Origin: an uncultured Gammaproteobacteria bacterium
GTDB taxonomy: Bacteria; Patescibacteriota; Microgenomatia; Levybacterales; UBA12049
Reading direction: 5' to 3'
DNA length: 64,000 nt
Assembly (NCBI GenBank): GCA_964490105.1
Contig: CAZAZU010000001.1
Coordinates: forward strand, 370,361-434,360
Shown: piece after piece, positions 49,380 through 58,465 of the stretch
How positions within the stretch are numbered: the first letter of the stretch is position 1
How the letters are laid out: every line of letters starts with the position of its first letter
Notes under the pieces: model-generated
Seen by the model: the letters and a program-made list of their open reading frames with translations, nothing else
Databases searched by the model: none
What the model was told of the DNA's origin: nothing
Made by a program: the position numbers and the translations under genes

Positions 49380-50627
49380 TTATATACCCCCATTCATTTG
49401 TCTAAAAGCATTTGCAAATGAATTTTCCCATGTATTATGCTCTGCAAACTCCATCGCATTTTTTCTAAGTCTCAAGTATAACTTCTTATCTGAAAATATA
49501 TTTATCACTGCATCAGCAAAACTTTTTGGATCATCATGCACTCTCAACGCTGCGCCTTTTTCCGCTACTTCAACACCCAAAGGCGGAACTTGCGAGCAAA
49601 CGATAGAAATTCCAGCAGCAGCATATACGCGGATTTTACCTGCATCTGCATAATACCTTAATGACCCAGGTATATCCCTATATGGCGCTAATCCTACGGT
49701 GCAATTTCTTATAAGATCGGACATGTCTGAGCTCTTTTCAACAAAACCGTGAACATTAACAGATTTTTCAAGACCTTTTTTTTGAACAATTTTTTTAAGC
49801 CACTCAAAATCCTGTGCGGTACCTCCTATTATGTTTAATTTTGCATCCGGAAATTTTTTCATGACCAATTCCAGCGATAAAATAGCTATATCGGGACCAT
49901 TCTCTTGACCTAAGGTTCCCATATAAACCATAGAGTGATTTTCAATCTTCGAGATGGGGTTTGCTTTAATTTGATCAGGATACAAACCATTTGGCACGTG
50001 TATCACCGGTGCAGACTTTTTAGAATTAAGACCCACGCTTATTCTTGCTGGCTGCATTGCCTTAGATACATCCCATATGTAATCTGCATGCATTGCGCAA
50101 AATCGATCTAAAAATAAATAAATATTATTAAAAATCTTACCAGGATATCTATTCGGGGAATAATCAGAAACATAATAAACAACTTTCTTAACTCGTCCAA
50201 TTTTTCGCAAAAATATTGCCGCAATCGTATTGATACTCTCCAGACAAATGCAATAATCAAAAGTTGTTTTGTCCCTGAATGACCAATCAATCACTGATAA
50301 AAAATCACGTACTTTAAATATAGGCTGAGTAGTACTTGTATTAAATTTGTTAAGAAGTGGTTTTAATAAATATAAATAAAAAGAACAATTATAAGATTTA
50401 AAATCTTTATTATTCTTTGAATATACTTCAATCTTTGGCATTACATCGTCACTGCCCGGATGAGTTTGGTCAATTAGTACAAATCTTTTGGCATAAGGAA
50501 CCATAAAATCTCTCATGGGCTCTATGCTTCCATTTGTTGGCATACGCTTACCCTCTAACCATTTGGAGAAGCTAACAAAGAGTACGGTTTTACCCTCTAA
50601 TAAGCTACCGATATCTTTTTTAGCCAT
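49380..50627 (-). CDS. GT4-like glycosyltransferase
   Basis: DYSP.RY, VPNG, YMGTL, KIRVYAAAG. Confidence 0.78.
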   Translation of the reverse strand: MAKKDIGSLLEGKTVLFVSFSKWLEGKRMPTNGSIEPMRDFMVPYAKRFVLIDQTHPGSDDVMPKIEVYSKNNKDFKSYNCSFYLYLLKPLLNKFNTSTTQPIFKVRDFLSVIDWSFRDKTTFDYCICLESINTIAAIFLRKIGRVKKVVYYVSDYSPNRYPGKIFNNIYLFLDRFCAMHADYIWDVSKAMQPARISVGLNSKKSAPVIHVPNGLYPDQIKANPISKIENHSMVYMGTLGQENGPDIAILSLELVMKKFPDAKLNIIGGTAQDFEWLKKIVQKKGLEKSVNVHGFVEKSSDMSDLIRNCTVGLAPYRDIPGSLRYYADAGKIRVYAAAGISIVCSQVPPLGVEVAEKGAALRVHDDPKSFADAVINIFSDKKLYLRLRKNAMEFAEHNTWENSFANAFRQMNGGI

Positions 50628-51432
50628 TTGTGAGTATTTTTTTTGCTTCGTTAACCATTTGCTCTAAACCTTCTTCTAGTGATACTTTCGGAAGCCATCC
50701 CGGAACTCTTCCCATATTATCCGACGGAAGCGGATCTCTTCCTTTTAGCTTTCCAGGATAGCACTTAGCACCAGTTATTTTAGAAATCATTTCCGCAATA
50801 TCAATTATCCTTACCCATTCATAGCTGCTTGCATCAAATACAGTTTTTCTTAAATTATTTGAATTTAAAGCCATATAAAATGCACTACTCAAATCCTTTA
50901 TATGCGTAAATTGTCTCCATTCTTCGCCATTTGTCATCATCTCAATCTTTTTTGTCTTAAGTGCCTGATAGATAAAATCTGATATCACATGACTTTTTAC
51001 GCTCTCTTCCTCCATTACTCCATATGCATTCCATACCCTTACGCATCTTCCACCAAGCTGATCAGTCCAAACTTCACCAAGTCTTTTGGTTACTCCATAC
51101 ACTGTATCTACCTCTTCCGACAACTGACTTGAAATAAAAAGAAAATCTTTCATACCATCAAGCTGATCAAATACATTTCTCATGAGATCCAAGTTCCATT
51201 TTAGCTGTGTCATCTGGCGATTTGGGTCATATAAATATTTAGATCCTCCCACGTCCCAAGCTAAAAAATATACCTTATCTACATCCTTGAAGTTGAACTC
51301 ATAGGTTCTCCCATCCTCATTTTTATTTCTTTTAATATCGAAACGAACTACTTCCTCTCCTTTTTCTTCGAGAAATTTGGAGAACGGTTTTCCAATAAAA
51401 CCTTCGGAGCCAATAACTAAATTTTTTGTCAT
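50620..51432 (-). CDS. short NAD-dependent epimerase/reductase (extended SDR)
   Basis: IGSEGFIG, FLAWDVGG, YGVTK, WNAYG, RQFTH. Confidence 0.8.
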   Translation of the reverse strand: MTKNLVIGSEGFIGKPFSKFLEEKGEEVVRFDIKRNKNEDGRTYEFNFKDVDKVYFLAWDVGGSKYLYDPNRQMTQLKWNLDLMRNVFDQLDGMKDFLFISSQLSEEVDTVYGVTKRLGEVWTDQLGGRCVRVWNAYGVMEEESVKSHVISDFIYQALKTKKIEMMTNGEEWRQFTHIKDLSSAFYMALNSNNLRKTVFDASSYEWVRIIDIAEMISKITGAKCYPGKLKGRDPLPSDNMGRVPGWLPKVSLEEGLEQMVNEAKKILTNG

Positions 51433-51448
51433 ATCTTCAATTACCCTA

Positions 51449-52438
51449 CTACTTTAATTTAACAACCTGCGCATGAATCCATGAATATGTTTTTGCTAAT
51501 CCATCAGCCAGCGGAGCATCTGGAGCCCATTTTAATTTTTCCTTAATCAATTTATTATCCGATTTTCTACCTCTCACCCCTGTAGGACCTGGGATATGCT
51601 TTATCTTTACTTTCTTATCTGCAATTTTCATTACCATCTCAGCAAGTTCGTTTAGTGTTACCATCTCTTCAGATCCGATATTAACTGGTCCCGTAAAATC
51701 GCTGTCCATAAGCCGCCTTATACCATTTAAGCACTCATCTATATAGAGAAATGATCTTGTTTGCTTTCCGTCGCCCCACATCTCAATTGTTCCGCCATCT
51801 TTTGCTTCAGCAACTTTCCTGCACATTGCAGCTGGAGCTTTTTCTTTTCCACCTTTCCATGTACCCTCAGGACCAAATATATTATGAAACCTAGCGATTC
51901 TGACCTCTAGTCCAAAGTTTCGATGGTACGATAAGAATAGTCTCTCTGAAAATAACTTTTCCCAACCATATTCGCTATCCGGTGCTGCAGGATATGCAGA
52001 CTCCTCAGAAAGTTTGGGATTATTAGGATCGAGCTGATTATGCTCTGGATATATGCATGCTGAAGAAGAAAAGAATATCTTCTTTGATTTTGTTTCAATA
52101 ACTTTTGGAAGTATGTTTAAATTTATTAGCGCCGAATTGGTCATTATATTAGCATCATTATTTCCCGTAAAAATATAGCCTGCTCCACCCATATCAGCAG
52201 CTAATTGATAGATTTCATCAAATCTTCGATCAAAAACCTTATCGACGAATTTCTGATCAGTTAAATTTCCGATGAGAAACTTATCAGCAGCTGTTTCACT
52301 AAATTCTGGCTTTTTGAGATCTACCCCTACTACAAAAAAGCCTTCCTGCTTCAGTTTTCTAACCAAATGACTACCAATAAATCCTCCTGCTCCACAAACA
52401 AGTGCTGTTTTAGTTGATTTTTTTTCTATTCTGCTCAT
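51449..52438 (-). CDS. GDP-mannose 3,5-epimerase-like
   Basis: GAGGFIG, LAADMGG, SSACIYP, YGWEK, RFHNIFGP, GGKEKAPAAMCRK, TRSF - motif set of the GME family. Confidence 0.85.
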   Translation of the reverse strand: MSRIEKKSTKTALVCGAGGFIGSHLVRKLKQEGFFVVGVDLKKPEFSETAADKFLIGNLTDQKFVDKVFDRRFDEIYQLAADMGGAGYIFTGNNDANIMTNSALINLNILPKVIETKSKKIFFSSSACIYPEHNQLDPNNPKLSEESAYPAAPDSEYGWEKLFSERLFLSYHRNFGLEVRIARFHNIFGPEGTWKGGKEKAPAAMCRKVAEAKDGGTIEMWGDGKQTRSFLYIDECLNGIRRLMDSDFTGPVNIGSEEMVTLNELAEMVMKIADKKVKIKHIPGPTGVRGRKSDNKLIKEKLKWAPDAPLADGLAKTYSWIHAQVVKLK

Positions 52439-52521
52439 TTTGAATTACTTGGTATAATTTAACACATTTATTTGAAACTTTAAAGTCTTTTCGTATTTAA
52501 TTCCATGTTATTTGCAAAAAA

Positions 52522-53388
52522 CTAACTTATATTAATATTCTTAAATAAGAAATCCCCTAATGGCATTTTCCCCTCACTAACATCTGCATAGTTTCTAAAT
52601 CCCACAAGCTGAAAATTATATTCTTTACTATACAGCATTGAATTTATTTCACTAAAAGTATAGTTTTTATTTCCTTCAATCGTAATTTCTATTAATAAAT
52701 ATCTTGTCTTCATTAAAGTTTTCTTTGCACCTTTCAAAACCTGCTTTTCAAACGATTCAACATCAATTTTTAAAATATCAACGGTTCGAAACCTGTTCGG
52801 AATTAGTGAATCCAATGTCGTAGTGCCCACTTTTTCAACAATAAATTTCTCACTATTTCCCTTTCTTTCCAGACCGTTCAGTGAACTTATCGCCGAGGAC
52901 TGCGTGTTAATCGTAAGATCGGAAAATCCATTTCGATCTGAAATAGCTTTTTTAAATAATATAATATTTTTATCCTTATTAAAATTCTTAGAAAGTGCTT
53001 TATAAGTCTGCTCTGCTGGCTCTACCGCAATAATTCTACTCCTAGGAAATGACTCTCTTATTAATAGTGAGAAAAAACCTACATTAGCTCCAATATCAAC
53101 AGTAAGCTTTACATCACGTATCTTTGCTAACTTAATTAAATTATTGTGCCTTGTTAAAATACCTTGGTATCCACTAAGCCCGAGAGGGGAATCATAATAA
53201 ATCTGCCGATTAAAAAGTGATACAAAACTAATACCTAACTCAAATTTTTTTAGCCTAAATAAATATAAAAGTATTTCTAAATATTTTTTTATTAAGAAAA
53301 TAATTTTTTTCTCATTTGACCAAGTACATACTCTTAGAAAATGTAAATCTAAGATGAGTGACTTTTTTACAAACCAAAAAAAGTTCAT
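52522..53388 (-). CDS. FkbM-family methyltransferase
   Basis: DIGANVG, AVEP, TTLD, LKIDVE. Confidence 0.88.
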   Translation of the reverse strand: MNFFWFVKKSLILDLHFLRVCTWSNEKKIIFLIKKYLEILLYLFRLKKFELGISFVSLFNRQIYYDSPLGLSGYQGILTRHNNLIKLAKIRDVKLTVDIGANVGFFSLLIRESFPRSRIIAVEPAEQTYKALSKNFNKDKNIILFKKAISDRNGFSDLTINTQSSAISSLNGLERKGNSEKFIVEKVGTTTLDSLIPNRFRTVDILKIDVESFEKQVLKGAKKTLMKTRYLLIEITIEGNKNYTFSEINSMLYSKEYNFQLVGFRNYADVSEGKMPLGDFLFKNINIS

Positions 53389-53392
53389 ATTT

Positions 53393-54559
53393 TTAATCTT
53401 TCTTAAAATATTCTATGGAAATTTTCTCAAAAATTTTTTTTAAGATTTGCTCATTGTCTCTCTTAGTCGCTAGAGCTAATGCGTTAGCTCTTAGCTCCGA
53501 ATATAACCTTTTATTTCCGCTAATTTTTTTAATAGCAGCGATCAATTCTTTCTCATTAGCTTTTATGTGAATTCCCGCATTATTTTCTACGATATCCTCT
53601 GCTGTTCCATTATCCCCGGAAATTATTACAGGTAATCCTAAAGCCAAATAATCCCTTGCTTTCATTGAATCCATATAATATTCACCTGAATAACTATTAA
53701 TATAAAAGGCAATACCAACTCCATGACTCGCTATAGCCTTGAAAAGCTCATCATGAGACATTGAGCTTAGAAAGAAAATATTTTTCTGTAATTTCTTTTT
53801 CTTAACTAGAGCTTTTAATTTTTTTTCCATTAACGGTAAGCAGACGAAAGTTAATTTTATTTGGGGAATTTCTTTCGATAAAACCTCAATGGAATTTAAA
53901 AGCATGGTGAACTCGCTAATTGTTCTTCTTGCGGAAACAACTATTAACTTATGGGGATCACCGGAATTTGATACTAGTTTTTTTGTACGTGAAATTGCTG
54001 GAGAATTAGGGACCCAAATTAATTTCTCGCTTGGAATCCCATCGCTTCTTCTTATATCCAAAATTCGCCTTGACACTGCTAGGATTAGGTCTGAATTTCT
54101 GTTAGTTAATCTATCTAGAAAATGATAAAAGTTATTTAACAAAAGATTACCATATCTTGTCTTAGTGTAATCAGGATTAAAGGTAATAAACATCTTTGCT
54201 TTATATATTTTCTTAAGTACCAAACCCCAGAATGCGTTTAAGGGATCTTCACCAATATAAACAATCTTTGACTTCCTATAATACTTTAGAATCAATCTAA
54301 ATGTTATCCAACCTTCAAAAATTCGCGCACCAATTTCTCCAAAATATATTTTGTGCTCAATTATTTTATCTGTCTTATTTACTCCGTCAGAATAAGTCAT
54401 GAAAGTTATTCCTTCGGCGTATATAGAATGCCTTATGAATAAATAGGGCTGCTTTTCCTTTTCGAGGTAATATATAAGAGCATGGCCGGGGCCCGGATTA
54501 TCAGTTTTATTTTTACCTATTGCTGTATGACATACTACGCAATAATTAATTTTCTTCAT
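53393..54559 (-). CDS. GT4-like glycosyltransferase
   Basis: DYTKTRY, VPNS, KARDYLALGLPVI; resembles 49380..50627. Confidence 0.75.
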   Translation of the reverse strand: MKKINYCVVCHTAIGKNKTDNPGPGHALIYYLEKEKQPYLFIRHSIYAEGITFMTYSDGVNKTDKIIEHKIYFGEIGARIFEGWITFRLILKYYRKSKIVYIGEDPLNAFWGLVLKKIYKAKMFITFNPDYTKTRYGNLLLNNFYHFLDRLTNRNSDLILAVSRRILDIRRSDGIPSEKLIWVPNSPAISRTKKLVSNSGDPHKLIVVSARRTISEFTMLLNSIEVLSKEIPQIKLTFVCLPLMEKKLKALVKKKKLQKNIFFLSSMSHDELFKAIASHGVGIAFYINSYSGEYYMDSMKARDYLALGLPVIISGDNGTAEDIVENNAGIHIKANEKELIAAIKKISGNKRLYSELRANALALATKRDNEQILKKIFEKISIEYFKKD

Positions 54560-55457
54560 TCTTCATTAACCTTAAGCCTTCTCTCACAGAAACTGGATCC
54601 ACATCTAGAAGTTTTTTTATTTTATCTATGTTAAAACATGTATTTTTTGGTCTCGGTGCAATATTAGGAAAATAATCACTTGAAACTGGTGTCAGAAGTT
54701 TACTATTAAAATCAAAAACAGATGATAATTTTTTTGCAAACTCAAAACGGGTTATACATTCTGGCCCTGCTACATTATAAATACCTCTATCTTCAAGATT
54801 ATTATTCTTATTTAACAAAATCTTCCATATGATTTTTGCTGCATCTTGTGCATAAAGAAAATTACTATAAATGTCATCAACTACTTTAATATCTTTTCCT
54901 TTTTCAAGTTCACTAATCATCCATGTAGCAAGATTCGATCTTTCATGCTTACTATTCCAACCATACATAGTAATTAAACGAATAATTGAGTATTTATTCA
55001 ATCTCGTTTTCATTTCCTCTTCAGCCTGCAATTTCGTCTTGCCATAATAGTCAATTGGGGATGGTCTGCTTTTTTCAGAATACGGATGTCTTATTCCATT
55101 GAAAACGGCATTTGATGAAATATAAATAACCGACGAATTAATCTTCTTGGATTCTTCTATTATATTTATTGTTCCGTTAACATTAGTTTTCCAGGCTTCT
55201 TTCTTGTGAAGTTCACAATAATCTACATTCCCGATTGAAGCAGCATGAACAATTACATCTGGCTCATACTGACGAAGAAGTATCCCAACATCTTTCCTTT
55301 TAGTAATATCTAACTCAAGATATTTTATGTTTTTAGCTTTTAATTTATCTCTATTGTTGTTTAAAAATGTAGCAAAAACAAAATAATCATTAGGAATTTC
55401 ATTTAAGAAATATTTTCCCAGCAAACCTTTTCCGCCTGTAAAGAGAACTTTTTTCAT
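54546..55457 (-). CDS. RmlD-like NDP-4-keto-sugar reductase
   Basis: TGGKGLLG, NVDYCE, ISSNAVF, YYGKTK, APRP. Confidence 0.85.
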   Translation of the reverse strand: MKKVLFTGGKGLLGKYFLNEIPNDYFVFATFLNNNRDKLKAKNIKYLELDITKRKDVGILLRQYEPDVIVHAASIGNVDYCELHKKEAWKTNVNGTINIIEESKKINSSVIYISSNAVFNGIRHPYSEKSRPSPIDYYGKTKLQAEEEMKTRLNKYSIIRLITMYGWNSKHERSNLATWMISELEKGKDIKVVDDIYSNFLYAQDAAKIIWKILLNKNNNLEDRGIYNVAGPECITRFEFAKKLSSVFDFNSKLLTPVSSDYFPNIAPRPKNTCFNIDKIKKLLDVDPVSVREGLRLMKNEEN

Positions 55458-55469
55458 TATCTAAAGTGC

Positions 55470-56225
55470 CTATCTTTTTTTAAAAACAATTTCCCAATCA
55501 TAATATCCAAGTATTGGTATGCTAATCCTCCTTATTTGTTTAAGTAAATTATTGTTATTAAAAAAGTTACTATTATTAATAGATAACCTTCTTAATACAA
55601 AGTCCATAACAGGAAACCAAATCTGCTGTTTTTTAGTTTCAATAATTATGAATCTTTTATTGTCAATTAAGCTTAGGAGTTCATCATCTTTTTCATATTC
55701 TCGTAAATGTGTTGAATCTAATACCCACTTCCCCTTCCTCCTGTAAAAATACCATCCATACCATTTTTTGAATACAGTGGTCACATATGCAGTTCCATTT
55801 TTCTTAAGCACCCTATGAATAGTATTTATCATTTTTATATCGTCAACATGCTCAATAACCTGAGTAGAAATAAAGAAGTCAATAGATTTATCCTTAACTG
55901 TCTCAAGATCCTCTGCGCTATCTACACGAGCACTTATTGATTTGTCCAATTTATTAATATTTGCAATTCTTCTTTTGGATAAATCTATAGCAATGATTTT
56001 TTTATTCTTTAAATAATTACCTTTTATCAAAGCGTCAAGAAGTATTCCGTCACCACATCCACAATCAATAATCGAAGAGAATTTAGTTTTTTTTAAATAC
56101 TTGGCTAAAAGCGTCGGAACCTTCATGCCATAGAATTGCACAAACTTTTCTGAATGCCTTTCTAAGTTATTATTTGTGCTATTTAGTTTTTTATTTTTAT
56201 TGTTAATTATTTTATTTTTTGTCAT
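55470..56225 (-). CDS. class I SAM-dependent methyltransferase
   Basis: IDCGCGDG, QVIEH, HLREY; start taken at MTKNK (56225) instead of 56285. Confidence 0.82.
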   Translation of the reverse strand: MTKNKIINNKNKKLNSTNNNLERHSEKFVQFYGMKVPTLLAKYLKKTKFSSIIDCGCGDGILLDALIKGNYLKNKKIIAIDLSKRRIANINKLDKSISARVDSAEDLETVKDKSIDFFISTQVIEHVDDIKMINTIHRVLKKNGTAYVTTVFKKWYGWYFYRRKGKWVLDSTHLREYEKDDELLSLIDNKRFIIIETKKQQIWFPVMDFVLRRLSINNSNFFNNNNLLKQIRRISIPILGYYDWEIVFKKR

Positions 56226-57072
56226 ATTTAGCTTGAAAAAAATTATAGACCATTCCGCAAAATCCCGCAAAATACTCAACTGCACGCATCACAACAAAAA
56301 ATATAAAAACTAAAGGATCTTTGGCAAACAATCTCCAATTTCTTAGATAAGATCCTTTAATTGGATTGTAACTTGATAACCATGACTTTGGTCTTTTATT
56401 TAGGTAATTTACCATTTCTCTTCCATACATGAAGCGCTTCTTAAATAGCTTAATGATCGACAAATTGCCTTCGTTATGCATAACTACGCTTTTCGCTCTG
56501 CCAATTCTAAAATTTTTTTCTTTTAATTTTTGAGATAAATCGATATCATCCCCGCCTGCACCCAACGATAAATCAAAACCACCTATGCTATGCCAAACGC
56601 TTTTTTTAAAAAAACGTGGACTCTCTACATTATCATCTCCCCAATAACAGCGCCTTTCTAATTGCTTTGCCTTTGCCCAAATACCAATTCCAAAAGAATC
56701 CTCTCTCAATATCACAGCATCCACACCTTTCTCACACAATTCAACTGCCTCATTGATTAGATTTTTAGACAATTCCATATCGGCATCTAGCCAATAAACA
56801 TATTCTCCCCTTGCCTTCTTCATCCCGTAATTTCTTTTGTGAGGTGCATCGAAAATTCCGCTACTAACCTTGGGAACATATGTATAAAATTCACATTTAT
56901 ACTTATCGGACAATTCTTTTACATTATCTGTAGATTTTCCATCAACTATTATTATTTCTATATTAGGATACGTTTGAAGCCTGATATGCTTTAAGCAACT
57001 ATCAAGAAAGGCAGCTGAATTTCTGGTCGGGATTACAATGGATACTAATTTATAATTATTGTTCTTTTTCAT
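56212..57072 (-). CDS. GT2 glycosyltransferase
   Basis: VSIVIPTRN, VDGKSTD, RNYG, LDAD, GGFD. Confidence 0.88.
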   Translation of the reverse strand: MKKNNNYKLVSIVIPTRNSAAFLDSCLKHIRLQTYPNIEIIIVDGKSTDNVKELSDKYKCEFYTYVPKVSSGIFDAPHKRNYGMKKARGEYVYWLDADMELSKNLINEAVELCEKGVDAVILREDSFGIGIWAKAKQLERRCYWGDDNVESPRFFKKSVWHSIGGFDLSLGAGGDDIDLSQKLKEKNFRIGRAKSVVMHNEGNLSIIKLFKKRFMYGREMVNYLNKRPKSWLSSYNPIKGSYLRNWRLFAKDPLVFIFFVVMRAVEYFAGFCGMVYNFFQAKYDKK

Positions 57073-57147
57073 TTCTGTTCAGCATGGTCCATATTATCAC
57101 ATAAATTGCGCTTATTTAAAGAATTAATTCGACTAGACTTTGCATTG

Positions 57148-58314
57148 CTATGAAAGAATTCGAATTATTTTATTAATATCTTTCTTTGATAATTCGGGAT
57201 TATTTCCAATATAAAATCCTTGATCATGCGCAATGCCCGCATTTTTATTATATACACGACTTTTAATATATTTACTAAAGAATGGCTGTCTAGTTAAATC
57301 ACCGCCCACTATTGGTCTAGTTTCAATTACATTTTCACACTTTCTTAGAAGATTATCCCTTATCCTACCTGATTTACATATAATAGGAATTGCGAAGTTT
57401 GAAACAAAATCTATATGATCGTACTTTAGCTGATAATAATTTTTATTATCATAAATAGATTCAGCGATTGTTAAGAAATTGCTGTTCCGTCTATTATTAA
57501 TTTCGTCTATATATTTTATTCCAATATTACCCACAAATCCATTTATTTCTGTTGGCCTCAAGTTATATCCTAAATCATAAAATGTATATCTTGAGTAAAA
57601 AGTAGAATTAACCTTAAATTTTTTTCTAATTTGGTCCTGATTAGCAAAATTAAGATTTCTGTCCCATCCATGCGCTCTTACCATACATAACATATCCATC
57701 AACTCTTCATCGTCAGTACAAACTACCCCGCCTTCAATAGTTGAAAGATGATGCCCAACATAAAAAGAGCAAGTACTTGCTAATCCAAAATTACCTAACT
57801 TTGTCCCCTTATATATTGTCCCTAAAGACTCACAATTATCTTCAATAAGAATTATTTTATTTTTTTTGCAAATACTTTGTATATTATCCAAATCACTGCA
57901 AAATCCCAAAGCATTCGTAACAAATAAAGCTTTAAGCTTTTTTTTAGCAATTACAGCATTAAGTTTTTGACTTGAAATATTGAGGGTATCAATTTCTATA
58001 TCAATTGGGACCGGGTTTAAACCTAACTGAATCAAGGGCATAACATTCGTACTCCAAGATAATGCTGAAAAACCTACATTATCTCCCTTCTTTAGCCTCC
58101 GTAAATTAAGTAAAGATTGAATTAGCGCCAAATTTGCAGAACTTCCGCTATTAACAAACGCACAATATTTTCTTTCTTGATACTTCGCAAATTTTTTTTC
58201 GAATTTCTCACACTCTGAACTGAAGCTTAACTTTTTGGACTTCTTTATAAATCTTGCTAGTTCTCTTTTGACACTCTCCTCTTTGTAGAATGTCGACTTA
58301 ATTAACGGAATCAT
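57148..58314 (-). CDS. ColD-type PLP-dependent NDP-4-keto-6-deoxyhexose 3-dehydratase (DegT/DnrJ family)
   Basis: NSGSSANL, EDNCESLG, SFYVGHHLSTIEGG (His at the usual Lys position), RAHGW, GYNLRP. Confidence 0.78.
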   Translation of the reverse strand: MIPLIKSTFYKEESVKRELARFIKKSKKLSFSSECEKFEKKFAKYQERKYCAFVNSGSSANLALIQSLLNLRRLKKGDNVGFSALSWSTNVMPLIQLGLNPVPIDIEIDTLNISSQKLNAVIAKKKLKALFVTNALGFCSDLDNIQSICKKNKIILIEDNCESLGTIYKGTKLGNFGLASTCSFYVGHHLSTIEGGVVCTDDEELMDMLCMVRAHGWDRNLNFANQDQIRKKFKVNSTFYSRYTFYDLGYNLRPTEINGFVGNIGIKYIDEINNRRNSNFLTIAESIYDNKNYYQLKYDHIDFVSNFAIPIICKSGRIRDNLLRKCENVIETRPIVGGDLTRQPFFSKYIKSRVYNKNAGIAHDQGFYIGNNPELSKKDINKIIRILS

Positions 58315-58465
58315 ATGGTTTTCTAATTCTTAAAAGAAACTATACCTAATTCATGGCAGAAGTGAACCTGATATTGCCCTACTTTTATCAGTCTATATAT
58401 TAACACAAGAAATTAGTTTTTACTGAGCAGTATTATAGTTTTGCTTGTTATTGAGCTTTAAATTA
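58315..58465 (-). promoter_or_regulatory. 151-bp intergenic region with several -10-like hexamers
   Basis: TATAAT, TGTTAATAT and TATAGT on the minus strand; largest gap in the glycan locus. Confidence 0.4.

Noticed and set aside
57069-57092. Micro-ORF MDHAEQK ending in an ATGA overlap with the GT2 start
   Set aside because: It is not coupled to the upstream gene's stop and is only 7 codons; any ATGA start can produce this by chance, and a -10-like box lies here
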